From: Felis catus
Taxonomy: Eukaryota
Direction of reading: 5' to 3'
DNA: 64,000 bases
NCBI RefSeq assembly: GCF_018350175.1
Contig: NC_058373.1
Span: forward strand, 112,532,001-112,596,000
Part shown: one piece after another, positions 26,290 to 40,889 of the stretch
Layout of the letters: each line of letters starts with the position of its first letter
Numbering within the stretch: the first letter of the stretch is position 1
Position numbers and translations under genes: made by a program
The notes under the pieces: generated by a model
The model's input: only the letters and a program-made list of their open reading frames with translations
The model's database searches: none
What the model was told of the DNA's origin: nothing

Positions 26290-26779
26290 ACCTCCTCTTT
26301 ATTTATGACCTTGCTTCTTATGTCATGGAGAAAAGAAGATCAAAAGAGAATTTCCCTATGTTCTTATTACAACTATATACCTTCCTGCATCTGAATTCAA
26401 ACAATTTGTCTTTTCATGTGCTATCAGTGATGAATATACGTGAAAGAACCATGCGGACTTATAAGCAAAGGTCAAGTCATACATTTGTGTTCTAAATCCT
26501 ATCCCTTTTTATCCATCCGAAGATATAGTTACCAAAATTTTCCAGTCTCCTGAATTTTTACTTTTCTCTTTTCACTTGACTTTTCTTATCAGCATAAAAA
26601 CGTGCTGTTATTTTCCTATCCTTTAAAAGTATATTTGCTTAAAGATATCTCCTTCTGATTATTGACCTATTTACCTTTTTCCCTTTGTAATAAAGCTTCC
26701 CTTTATAGTGGAATATTTATAGTGGAATATTTCTCTACTCCCTATCTACAATTCCTCTCCTCCCATTTTTTTTCTCATT

Positions 26780-27250
26780 TTTAAACCTTACCATGTAAAA
26801 ATTGAAACATATATAAAAGAGAGAATAGTATAATAACCCCCCCGTACCATTACACTGCTTCAACATTTAATCATTCATAGCCAAACTTATTTCATCTCTA
26901 CTTCCACTCTCCCCATACACTACTGAATTATTTCCAAGGAAATTTCTGTCATCAAATAATTATATCCACAGATGTTTCAGTACGTGTCTCTCAAAGGCAG
27001 AAACACTTTCGTTTTTTTAAATGACAATAATACCATTATCATACCTTAAAAAATCAATGTTAATAGCAAATACCCAGTATATGTTCAGGTGTTCCTGATT
27101 TGTCTTATAATTCTTTTTCATTTTTACTTTTCATTTTTCAGAATCAGTATCCAAACAAACTTGTTTTGACTTGATATATATCTTAAATCTTTTTTAATCT
27201 ATAAGTTACCCCTTTTTCACCCTTTCCCCCCAAATTATTTGTTAAAAAGT
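26780..27250 (-). mobile_element. L1MC-like 3' end
   Basis: gagagaatagtataataacccc...acaataataccattatcatacc motif. Confidence 0.7.
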
Positions 27251-27600
27251 CCAGTTTTTCCAACATCATTTGTTGAAGAGCCTATCCTTTACCCATTGTG
27301 TATTCTTGGTACCTTTGTCAAGAGCAGTTGACGGTTTATGTGTGGGTTTATTTCTGGACGCTATTCTTTTCCATTGGTGTATATGTCTGTCTTTATGCCA
27401 GTACTGTATTGTTTTAATTGCTGCACCTTTGTAATATATTTTGAAATCAGAAAGTGTTCTTTGTCAAAATTATTTTGAGTATTTGAGGTCTTCTATGGTT
27501 TCATATTAATTTTAAGATTTGTTTATTTCCATTAAAAATGCCATTGGAATTTTGATAAGGATTGCACTGAATCTGTTGATGGCTTTGGGAAATATGGACA

Positions 27601-28727
<1,127 letters not shown>

Positions 28728-29720
28728 GTAGTATGGACATTTTTTAACAATGTTAAGTCTTCTAGTCCATGAACACAAGATGTCTCTCCATTTATTTGTG
28801 TCTTTTAAATATCTTTTAGTAATGTTCTTATAGTTTTCGGTATACAAGTCTTTTGGCTCCTTCATTAAGTTTATTTCTAAGTATTTTTTTCTTTTTTGTT
28901 GCTATTGTAAATGGGATTGTTTTCTTTATTTGGGGGTAGTTAGTGCATAGAATGCAGTTGAATTTTGCATATTACTTTGATAATATGCAACTTTACCGAA
29001 TTTATTCATTAGTTTCTTGCAGTTTTTTGGTGTTGTATTGATGGTTTTCTATGCACAAGGTCATGTGATCTGAAAGCAGAGAAAATGATACATTTTTCTC
29101 TCTAATTTCTGTGCCTTTTATTTATTTTTCTTGCCTAATTTCTCTGGTTAGGAATTCTAGTAGTATGTTTAATAGAAGAGGTGAGAGTGAGCATCTTTGT
29201 CTTATTCCTGATTGTAGAGGGAAAGTTTGAGTATGAGTTAGCTGTGGACTTTCATTATGATGAGCTGCATTCTTTCTATACCTAATGTGTTGAAATTTTT
29301 TATCATAGGAGTGTTGGATTTTATCAAGTGCTTTTTCTACATCTGTTGAGATGATCATGTGATTTTTATCCTTTGTTCTGAAAATGCAGTGTATCACATT
29401 AATTGACTTGGATATATTGAACCATTCTTGCATCCAAGGGATAAATTACACTTGGTCATGGTGTCTGACCTTTTAATGTGCTGCTGAATTTGGTTTACTA
29501 TTATTTTATTGAGGATTTTTACATCTGTGTTCATCAGAGTTATTGACCTATAGTTTTTGGTTTTTTGTAGTGTCTTTTTTGACTTTGATGTCAGTGTAGT
29601 CCTGGCATCATAAAATATGTTTGGAAGTGTGCCCTATCCTTCAGTTGGGTTTTTTGGTTTGTTTTGTTTTTTGGTGTTTTTTTTTTTTTTGGTTTAAAAA
29701 GGATTAGTGTCAAATTTTTT

Positions 29721-32700
29721 AACAAGAATTTTTTAAATTTAAATTCAAGTTAGTTAACCAATAGTGTAGCATTGGTTTCAGGAGTAGATTTTAGTGATTT
29801 ATTACTTACATATAATACCCAGTTGTCCATCTTAACAAATGCCCTCCTTAATGCCTGTCGCCTATTTAGTCAATGCCCCACCAACCTTCCCTTCAGCAAC
29901 CCTGAGTTCTCTATATTTAGGAATCTCATATGGTTTGCCTCCTCTGTTTTTATCTTATTTCATTTTTCCTTCCCTTCCCCTATGTTCATCTATTGTGTTT
30001 CTTAAATTCCACATATGAATGAAATCAGATGATATCTGTCTTTCACTGACTTACTTTGCTTAGCATTATACACTCTAGTTCCATCCATGTTGTTCCAAAT
30101 GGCAAGATTTCATTATTTTTGGTTGCTGAGTAATACTCTGTTGTACGTATATACCACATCTTCTTTATCCATTCGTCAGTTGATGGACTTTTGGGCTATT
30201 TCCATAATGTGGCTATTGTTGATAGTGCTGCTATAAACATTGGGGTGAATGTGCTCCATTTGAATCAGTATTTTTGTATCCTTTCAATAAATACCTAGTA
30301 GTACACTTGCATGGTCATAGGTTAGTTCTATTTTTAACTTTTTGAGCTACCTGCATACTCTTTTCCAGAGTGACTGCACTAGTTTGCATTCCTATCAGCA
30401 GTGCACATGGGTTCCCCTTTCTCCTTATTTTTGCCAACATCTGTTGTTTCCTCAGTTGTCAATTTTAGCCATTCAGGCTGGTGTGAAGTGGTATCTCATT
30501 GTGGTTTTTATTTGTATTTCCCTAATAAGGGATGTTGAACATCTTTTCATGTGTCTGTTAGCCAATGTATGTCTTCTTTGGAAAAGTGTCTATGTCTTTT
30601 GACCATTTCTTCACTGGATTATTTGTTTTTTGGGTGTTGAGTTTGGTAAGTTCTTTATAGATTTTGGATACTAACCCTTTATCTGATATGTTATTTACAA
30701 ACATCTTCTCCTATTCCGTTGGTTACCTTTTAGTTTTGCTGATTGTTTCCTTCACTATGCAGAAAGGTTTTATCTTAATGAGGTCCCAGTAGTTCATTTT
30801 GGCTTTTGTTTCCCTTGCCTCTGGAAACATGTCAAGTAAGAAGTTGCTGCACCCAAGGTCAAAGAGGTTGTTGCCTGTTTTCTCTTCAAGGATTTTGATG
30901 GTTTCCTGTCTTACCTTTAGGTCTTTCATCCATTTTGAGTTTATTTTTTGTGCATGGCGTAAGAAAGTGGTCCAGGTTCATTCTTCATGTCGCTGTCCAC
31001 TTTTCCCAACACCATTTGCTGAAGAGACTTTTTTTCCATTGGATATTCTTTCCTGTTTTGTCAAAGATTAGTCGGCCATGCATTTGTGGGTCCATATCTG
31101 TGTTCTCTGTTTCTCCCATTGATTTGTATGTCTGTTTTTGTGCCAGTACCATACTGTCTTAATGAATCAAGCTTTGTAAAACAACTTGAAGTCTGTGATA
31201 TCTCCAGCTTTGATTTTCTTTTTCAACATTACTTGCTTATTTGGGGTCTTTTCTGGTTCCATACAAATTTTAGAATTCTTTGTACTTGTTCAACCCCAAC
31301 TTATAATCTTACAATTATGGTTTTAAAGTCTAGTTCAGACATCTTACTTATATGTGTATTGACTAAATCCCTGGCCATCATTTCTTGCTGTTCTTTTTTG
31401 GGGGGTGAATTCCCCCATCTTTTCATGTTTGAGGAAGAAAAAAAATTAATAAAAAATTTCAAATTAAAACATTAAAAAATATAAAATAGAATAAATGAAA
31501 TTAATAAAAAATTTGCTCTTTATCCAAGGAAGAAAAAAACAACATAAAAACAGAAGCAAAGAAAACAAACATGAACAAACAAAAACACACCCAAATGAGT
31601 CTAGATCGAATTTCCTCTAAATCTGAAACATTGCAGCATACTATGATCCATAGACTAAGCGGGTGGAAAGGATTTGTGCTGGTCTTCTTGGGTAGGGGCC
31701 TGCTTCTCTGTTTCTCAGGCCAACTTGCCCTTCTAGAGATGTTCCAGGAGGATGCAGGTAATCAGGCCTTGGTGTAAAGGTTCCATTCTCCCCTTGGTGG
31801 TGCTGCTTAGTTCATGGGGGTCCATCAGTGCAGGTGTGCTAGTAGTAAAAATGGCTTCACCTCTCTCTCTAGTCTCCAGAGCAGAAATTTCATGGCCTCA
31901 GAGATGCACAATCAGTCACCCTTCCTTTGTCTCAGCCTTTCCTCCACTCCCTGCCTTTACTCTGTGTCCAGGCTGTCTGCCTGCCAGGCAGTGCCTCCTT
32001 CCATAGCTTTATCTCAAATAGGGCTGTTTGAAAACCCCAGACACCCCCATGGTTCATACCTGCACTGATCCTCTGGGGGATAGTCTTGTGAAGCAATGGC
32101 CAGCTACCAACTTGTCCCAGAAAACATTTGTGCAACTATGCAGCGGCAGAGACTTTGAGTATGGTAAATTGCAACACATAACTGGTACCAGGGTTTGCTG
32201 CCCTCAGCCAGCGTCTTGGTTCCTGTACCAATAAACATGGCAGCTCTCTGGGGCCTGCCAGGACTTTTGCCCACAGGCCATCTAGCCTCTACCAAATGTA
32301 CTCTTAAGCAGAGAAACCACTCTCCCCATGTGGTATAGGGGCCCCTCAGACTGCACTGCCCATTCCTGGAATTTGCCAGGCTTCCTCATCAGAGCATCTC
32401 CAGGCACTGAGCTCAAAAGTTCAGACAAGACTGTGCTCCGCTGTTTACAACAAACTGGCCGTGGTGAAACCCACTCCTTTTTCCAGTGGTTTTGTGGAAC
32501 AGATTTCTTGTTCAGTCCTCTGCGAGTGGTTTCACTCTTTCTCTCTAGCTCTTTTCAGGGAGAGTGCTTTTCTTGCACAGTCCCAGCATGCTGCACTCTG
32601 TCCCCCTTTCTCTTTCTCTCTTTGTCCTCTCTGCTCAAAAACAGCTTCCTATCCTCTGGCACTGCAAGTTTTCTCCCCCCAAATCACCCCCCTTCACTGC

Positions 32701-32849
32701 ATACCTGCCAAGATCTGTCGCTCAAATTTTGCAAATTGTTGTGTTAATCCTCAAATCAACTTTCTAGGTGTTCAGAATGATTTGATGTTGATCTAGGGAT
32801 GAGAAAAGCTCAGGGCACCTCTACTACTCTTCCATCTTAACTCCTCCTC
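29721..32849 (-). mobile_element. Internally deleted carnivore L1 (5'UTR + ORF1 start fused to ORF2 3' part + 3'UTR)
   Basis: 5' end with AAGATGG; ORF1 start MKRWGNSPPKKEQ joined near 31287 to ORF2 [23 protein letters not shown](C/T)AA.. at 29705 / 32850. Confidence 0.85.
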
Positions 32850-33306
32850 TAGTGTTAATTATTTTTTAAAGGTTTGGTAGAATTCACCAGTGAAGTCATC
32901 TGGTCTGGGCTCTTTTTCTTAGGAGATTTTTCACTTATGATTCAATCAGCATAGGTCTGTTCAGGTTTTCTAATCTTCATGATTCAGATTTGGTAGACTG
33001 TACCTTTCTAGGAATTTATGTGTTTCTTCTATATTACCCAATTTGTTGGCATATAAATGTACCTAATAGTTTCTTATGTTTCTTTTTGTTTCTGTAGCAT
33101 CAGTGATAATGTCTTTTCTTAAATTTTTATTTTACTTGAGTCTTCTGTCTCTTTTTAGTCTGGCTAAGAGTTTGTCAGTTCTAGTTTGTCTAGTTCCGTG
33201 AAGAATGCTGTTGGTATTTTGATAGGGATTGCACTGAATGTGTAGATTGCTTTGAGTAATATAGACATTTTAATTATTTGTTCTTCCAGTCCATGAGCAT
33301 GAAATG

Positions 33307-33530
33307 TTTATTTATTTTTGTGAGAGAGAGAGAGAGAGCAAGAGAGTGAGCAAGCACACAAGCAGGGGAGGGACAGAGAGAGAGAGGGAGACACAGAATC
33401 TGAAGGAGGCTGCAGGCTCCAAGCTATCAGCACAGACCATGACTCGGGGCTTGAACCCATGGACCATAAGACCATGAGACCATGACCTGAGCCAAAGTCA
33501 TTCAACTGACTGAGCAACACAAGAGCCCTT
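33307..33530 (-). mobile_element. CanSINE
   Basis: SINE body with (GA)n. Confidence 0.9.
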
Positions 33531-33598
33531 AGACATTTTTATAATATGAATTTAATTTTTTGTACCTATATATTTTTTCCTTTAAAAAAAATCAGGTA

Positions 33599-36500
33599 GC
33601 AGAATGGACTGTCTGGAGCCAAGCGTAGATGCCCATGGAAGAGGGTAGGAAGGGCGGAGAGGCACTGCACGCTACACGGACTGGTGGGAGGGAGCCGGGG
33701 CAGTGGAGGGGCAGCCCGCCCAGCAAGGGAGAGCCCCCGGCTCTGGCTTGCAAAAGCAGAGGGGCTGGACTGTGTGAGTTCTGACAGCCAGTGGGACTTA
33801 ACATCTGGAATGTTATAAGTTAACAGTTCTGCTCGGAGAGCGGGAGGGCAAGAGAACAACAGGAGGGAGAGGTGTTGAGCCCCAGAAGACAGAGTTCAGC
33901 TTGACAGGGAACAAAGGCGCTGGCCAGCGCCATCTCCCTCTCCCATCCCCTAGCCAAAATCCCAAAGGGAACCAGTTTCTGTCACCGTAGTTGCTTGCAC
34001 TGTGCAAACACCCAATGCTGTGTTTCTGTGGATCAATCCCTCTGACGAGTCTGCCTGCCCCACTCCCGGTGCTGCAGGGCCCCTCCCTCAGGGGACCACC
34101 CACAGCAAAGTGAGCTAAGCCTGCCCCTCCCACCCCTGTGCACCTTGCAGATCCACCCTGCTAATACACCAGATCCCATAGAAGCAGCACCACAAGCCTG
34201 GCAGTGTGCAAGTAGCCCTACCACTCCACGGTGAGTTCTGCCCCTGGGAGAGGGGAAGATAAGGTACACACCAGTCTGACTGTGGCCCCAGAGGTGGGAG
34301 GGGGGTGGGGGGGGTCTGACTGCAGCCCCGCCCACCAAAACAAGTTACTCCAGACAGCACAGGGGAAGTGCCCTGCAGTTCCACCCCACTCTAGAGACTA
34401 TCCAAAATAACATAATGGAAGAATTCTCCTCAAAAGAAACTCCAGGAAGTAGCAACCATTAACAAATTGATCAAAAACGATTTAAGCTATATAATGGAAC
34501 AAGAATTTAGAATAATAGTCATAAAATTAACCGCTGGGCTTGAAACAAGTATAGACGGCATCAGAGAATCTATTGCTACAGAGATCAAGGGACTAAGAAA
34601 CAGGAGGAGCTAAAATATGCTATAAATGAGGTGCAAAATAAAATACGGGCGACCACAGCTCAGATTGAGCAGGCAGAGGAGAGAATACATGAATTAGAAG
34701 ACATAATTATGGAAAAAGAGGAAGCTGAGAAAAAGATAAAAAAAATCCAGGAGTATGAGGGAAAAATTAGAGAACCAAGTGATGCAATGAAATGCAACAA
34801 TATCCATATAATAGGGATTCCAGAGGAAGAAGGGAGAGAGAAAGGGGCTGAAGGCGTACTTGAACAAATCATAGCTGAGAACTTCCCTGATCTGGGGAAG
34901 GAAAAAGGCATTGAAATCCAAGAGGCACAGAGAACTCCCTTCAGATGTAACTTGATCTTCTGTACAACATATCATAGTGAAACTGGCAAAATACAAGGAT
35001 AAAGAGAAAATTCTGAAAGCAGCTAGGGAAAAACGCACTCTAACATATAAAGGGAAACCGGTAAGACTAGTGACAGATCTATCTACTGAAACTTGGCAGG
35101 CCAGACAGGAATGCAAGGAAATCTTCAATGTGATGAACAGAAAAAATATGCAGCCAAGAATCCTTTATCCAGCAAGTTTGTCATTCAGAATAGAAAGAAA
35201 GATAAAGGTCTTCCCAAACAAACAACAACTGAAGGAATTCATCACCACTAAACCAGCCCTACAAGAGATCCTAAGGGGGATTCTGTGAGTGAAATATTGC
35301 AAGGACTACAAAGTACCAGAGACATCACTACAAGCATGAAACCTACAGACATCACAATGACTCTAAACCCATATCTTTCAAATAACACTGAATGCAAATA
35401 GACTAAATGCTCCAACCAAAAGACATAGGGTATCAGAATGGATAAAAAAACAAAACCCATCTATTTGCTGTCTACAAGAGACTCATTTTAGACCTGGGGA
35501 CACCATCAGGTTGAAAGTGACGGGATGGAGAACTAGCTTTCATGCCACTGGAAGTCAAAAGAAAGCTGGAGTAGCCATATTTATATCAGACAAACTAGAC
35601 TATAAATTAAAGGCTGTAACAAGAGATGAAGAAGGGAATTATATAATAATTACAGGGTCTATCCATCAGGAAGAGCTAATAATTATGAATGTCTATGCGC
35701 CGAATATGGGAGCCCCCAAATATATAAAAACAATCACAAACATAAGCAACCTTATTGATAAGAATGTGGTAATTGCAGGGACTTTAATACTCCACTTACA
35801 ACAATGGATAGATCATCAGACACAGATTCAATAAAGAAACAAGGGCCCTGAAAGATACATTAGATCAGATGGACTTGACAGATACATTTAGAACTCTGCA
35901 TCCAAAGCAACAGAATATACTTTCTTCTCGAGTGCACATGGAACATTCTCCAAGGTAGATCATATACTGGGTCACAAAACAGCCCTTCATAAGTATACAA
36001 GAATTGAGATCATACCATGCACACTTTCAGACCACAATGCTATGAAACTTGAAATCAACCACAGGAAAAAGTCTGGAAAACCTCCAAAAGCATGGAGGTT
36101 AAAGAACACCCTACTAAAGAATGAATGGGTCAACCAGGCAATTAGAGAAGAAATTAAAAAATATATGGAAACAAATGAAAATGAAAATACAACAATCCAA
36201 ACCTTGTGGGATGCAGCAAAGGCAGTCCTGAGAGGAAAATACATTGCAATGCAGGCCTATCTCAAGAAACAAGAAAAATCCCAAACACAAAATCTAACAG
36301 CACACCTAAAGGAAATGGAAGCAGAACAGCAAAGACACCCCAAACCCAGCAGAAGAAGAGAAATAATAAAGATCAGAGCAGAAATAAACAATATAGAATC
36401 TAAAAAAACTGTAGAGCGGATCAATGAAACCAAGAGTTGTTTTTTTGAAAAAATAAACAAAATTGATAAACCACTAGACAGGCTTCTCAAAAAGAAAAGG

Positions 36501-39400
36501 GAGGTGACCCAAATAGATAAAATCATGAATGAAAATGGAATTATTACAGCAAATCCCCCAGAAATACAAGCAATTATCAGAGAATACTATGAAAAATTAT
36601 ATGCCCACAGACTGGACAACCTGGAAGAAATGGACAAATTCCTAAACATCCACACACTACCAAAACTCAAACGGGAAGAAATAGAAAATTTAAACGGATC
36701 CATAACTAGGGAAGAAATAGTATCAGTTATCAAATCTCCCAACAAATAAGAGTCCTGGACCAGAGGACTTCCCTGGAGAATTCTACTGGACATTTAAAGC
36801 AGAGTTAATACCTATCTTTCTCAACTGTTCCAAAAAATAGAAATGAAAGGAAAACTTCCAGACTCATTCTATGAAGCTAGCATTACTTTGATTCCCAAAT
36901 CGGACAGAGACCCAGCAAAAAAAGAGAACTACAGGCCAATATCCCTGATGAATATGGATGCAAAAATTCTCAATAAGATACTAGCAAATCGAATTCAACA
37001 GCATATTAAAAGAATTATGCACCATGATCAAGTGGGATTCATTCCTGGGCTGCAGGGCTAGTTCAACATTCGTAAATCAATCAATGTGATAGATCACATT
37101 AATAAAAGAAAAGATAACGATATGATCCTGTGAATAGCTGCAGAAAAAGCATTTGACAAAATTTAGCACCCTTTCTTAATAATAATCCTCGAAAAAGTCG
37201 AGATAGAAGGAACATACTTAAACATCATAAAAGCCATTAATGAAAAGCCCACAGCTAATATCATCATCAATGGGGAAAAACTGAGAGCTTTCTCCCTGAG
37301 TTCAGGAACACGACAGGGATGTCCACTCCCCCCGCTGTTGTTTAACATAGTGTTGGAAGTGCTAGCATCAGTAATTAGACAACAGAAGGAAATCAAAGGC
37401 ATCCAAATTGGCAATGATGAAGTCAAGCTTTCACTTTTTGCAGATGACATAATATTACACGTGGAAAACCCGATAGACTGCACCAAAAATCTGCTAGAAC
37501 TGATACATGAATTCAGCAAAGTCGCGGGATACAAAATCAATTTACAGAAATCAGTTGCATTCTTATACACTAATAATGAAGCAACAGAAAGACAAATAAA
37601 GAAACCGATCCCATTCACAATTGCACCAAGAAGCATAAAATACCTAGGAATAAACCTAACCAAAAATGTAAAAGATCAGTATGCTGAAAACTATAGAAAC
37701 CTTATGGAGGAAATTGAAGAAGATATAAAGAAATGGAAAAACATTCCATGCTCATGGATTGGAAGTATAAATATTGTTAAAATGTCAATACTACCCAAAG
37801 CTATGTACACATTCAATGCAATCCCAATCAAAATTGCACCAGCATTCTTCTCGAAGCTAGAACAAGCAATCCTAAAATTTGTATGGAACTACAAAAGACC
37901 CTGAATAGCCAAAGTATATTTGAAGAAAAAGACCAAAGCGGGAGGCATCACAATCCCAGACTTTAGCCTCTACTACAAAGCTATAATCATCAAGACAGCA
38001 TGGTAGTGGCACAAAAACAGACACATAGACCAATGGAATAGAATAGAATCCCCAGAACTAGACCCACAAAAGTAAGGCCAACTAATCTTTGACAAAGCAG
38101 GAAAAGAATATCCAATGGAAAAAAGACAGTCTCTTTAACAAATGGTGCTAGGAGAACTGGACAGCAACATGCAGAAGATGGAAACTAGACCACTTTCTCA
38201 CACCATTCACAAAAATAAACTCAAAATGGATAAACGACCTGAATGTGAGACAGGAAACCATCAAAACCCTAGAGGAGAAAGCAGGAAAAAACCTCTCTGA
38301 CCTCAGCCACAGCAACTTCTTACTTGACACATCCCCAAAGGCAAGGGAATTAAAAGCAAAAGTGAACTATTGGGACCTCATGAAGATAAAAAGCTCTGCA
38401 CTGCCAAGGAAACAATCAACAAAACTAAAAGGCAACCAACGGAATGGGAAAAGATATTTGCAAATGACATATCGGACAAGGGGCTAGTATCCAAAATCTA
38501 TAAAGAGCTCACCAAACTCCACACCCAAGAAACAAATAATCCAGTGAAGAAATGGGTAGAAAACATGAATAGACACTTCTCTAAAGAAGACATCCGGATG
38601 GCCAACAGGCACATGAAAAGATGCTCAATGTCACTCCTCATCAGGGAAATACAAATCAAAACCACACTCAGATATAACCTCATGCCAGTCAGAGTGGCTA
38701 AAAGGAGCAAATCAGGAGACTATAGATGCTGGCGAGGATGTGGAGAAACCGGAACCCTCTTGCACTGTTGGTGGGAATGCAAACTGGTGCAGCCGCTCTG
38801 GAAAACAGTGTGGAGGTTCCTCAAAAAATTAAAAATAGGTCTACCCTATGACCCAGCAATAGCACTGCTAGGAATTTCCCCAAGGGATACAGGAGTGCTG
38901 ATGCATAGAGGCACTTGTGCCCCAATGTTTATAGCAGCACTTTCAACAATAGCCAAATTATGGAAAGAGCCTAAATGTCCATCAACTGATGAATGGATAA
39001 AGAAATTGTGGTTTATATACACAATGGAATACTACTTGGCAATGAGAAAGAATGAATTATGGCCTTTTGTAGCAACATGGATGGAACTGGAGAGTGTTAT
39101 GCTAAGTGAAATAAGTCATACAGAGAAAGACAGATACCATATGTTTTCACTCTTACGTGGATCCTGAGAAACTTAACAAAAGACCATGGGCGAGGGGGAG
39201 AAAAAAGGATAAAAAGAGGTTAGAGAGGGAAGGAGCCAAAACATAAGAGACTCTTAAAAATTGAAAACAAACTGAGGGTTGATGGGGGGGTGGGAGGCAG
39301 GAGAGTGGGTGATGGGTATTGAGGAGGACACCTGTTGGGATGAGCACTGGGTGTTGTATGGAAACCAATTTGACAATAAATTTCATATTTTAAAAAAATG
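33599..39400 (+). mobile_element. Near-full-length decayed felid L1 (lacks ~120 nt of the 5' end), sense to GPHN
   Basis: 5'UTR homologous to the young copy; ORF1 (~34406-35288) and ORF2 (35357-39167) broken by stops and frameshifts; TSD AAAAAAA(A/G)TCAGGTA at 33584-33598 / 39402-39416. Confidence 0.95.
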
Positions 39401-40889
39401 AAAAAAAAGTCAGGTATTCCACATGTACCATACAATGAGATATTTAGTCAATTATTTGATACATGGGAATTTTCAAAGTTATTGAACACAATTTTACCTA
39501 ACCTTTTATTTCTATCTGCTTGATTTAATATTTGCTTTACATAGTTATGTTATTGTTCAAATAAGAGCAGACCAGAGTTCCTTCCTTTGTGCTGTTAGCA
39601 TGCATCCACTTTCCAGGTTGGTTTTTGTTTTCCTCTATTTGACAGCATATTTAGAAATTTAGTTGTATTTCAAAATGACACAAAGTATACTTCTTTAGAG
39701 TCTATGAAAATTTGAAAGATGGTTTGCTTCTATACTGTTGTATTTCCAGATCTGCTCAGATATTACACCTTTTTCTTAAAGCATGCCTTTTCTCTGAATG
39801 TCACTGAAATTGTGATATTAAAACCTAAAACTTCTTCCCCTAATGGAATATAGAGAACTGTTGATTTATGGACTTCTTTCCTAAGAAACCATATTTTGAA
39901 AGATTGATGCATATAGTAGCATTTTACATTATGTGTGACTGGTTATAGTTAGACCTAGGCACTGTTTAATACTTTCCTTTTTAGAGGAGTGTGGGGTTTT
40001 TTGTGTTTTTTAATTAAAAAATTGCACTTTATTTGAGGCACCTGGTGATTTTATATTTGTATTATTTATATTTATTTGAGGCATATGGTGATTTATAGCA
40101 TTTAAGATAACTTTAAGAAATCAAAAAGTATTATGAGAAAGAAATAATTGTTGAATGAAACATTTATGACAAATAAGTGGCAGAAATATAATTGAATGAA
40201 GGGACATCCAGTTTCTTGATTTGATAATTTTACCATTTTTTGTCTTAACACTGTAAATCTTAAAATAAACCAGTGATAAGCCACATTATTAGGAGATATA
40301 ATTTCTTGTAACAATTTTAGATTTGAATTTTAATTAGAGCTGGTGCTAGGACTTTATTGAGTACCACAGGGCCTTAAGCATAGGATAAAAATAGACTAAA
40401 ATAACTACTTGTGAAATTTGTTGGATATGCGTGTATGTTACATAAGTCTAGTAGTCTCCCTTTTATATCTGATAGAAGTTTTCTAATGGGATCATAATCT
40501 TTAGCATCATTTAGATAACATGATCTCCCTGGGAGGAAAAAAGATTAACCTTACTTAATGTTTAAGTGACATCTGATAACTTCTAAAATAGAACCAAGCC
40601 CTATGCACAGATATTTTTAGAATATTGTCTACATAAGGCTAATTCATTAATACTAATGTATGAAGCAATAGTTTGGCTTCTTATAAAATCACTGAACATT
40701 TCCTACTTCTTCTGTCAAGTTGAAAGCTCTGAGAGTAGAATACTGCTCAAACTAAGACATCTAAGAATTATTTTATAAAAGAAGTCAGTTTACACCACAT
40801 TGTGTGTACCAAAAATGTATGATAAAAATTATTAAAATGGAGATACTGCTTTTAACAAAGGATTCCCTGAAGAGTGTGGTTAACATTTT

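Larger units (their letters stand above)
24400..26760 (+). mobile_element. Fragmented L2 interrupted by MLT1, MER58A and a SINE composite
   Basis: L2-like pyrimidine-rich segments; caaatctccaacacctcctc...atgaccttgcttcttatgtcatggagaaaa is continuous across the insert. Confidence 0.7.
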
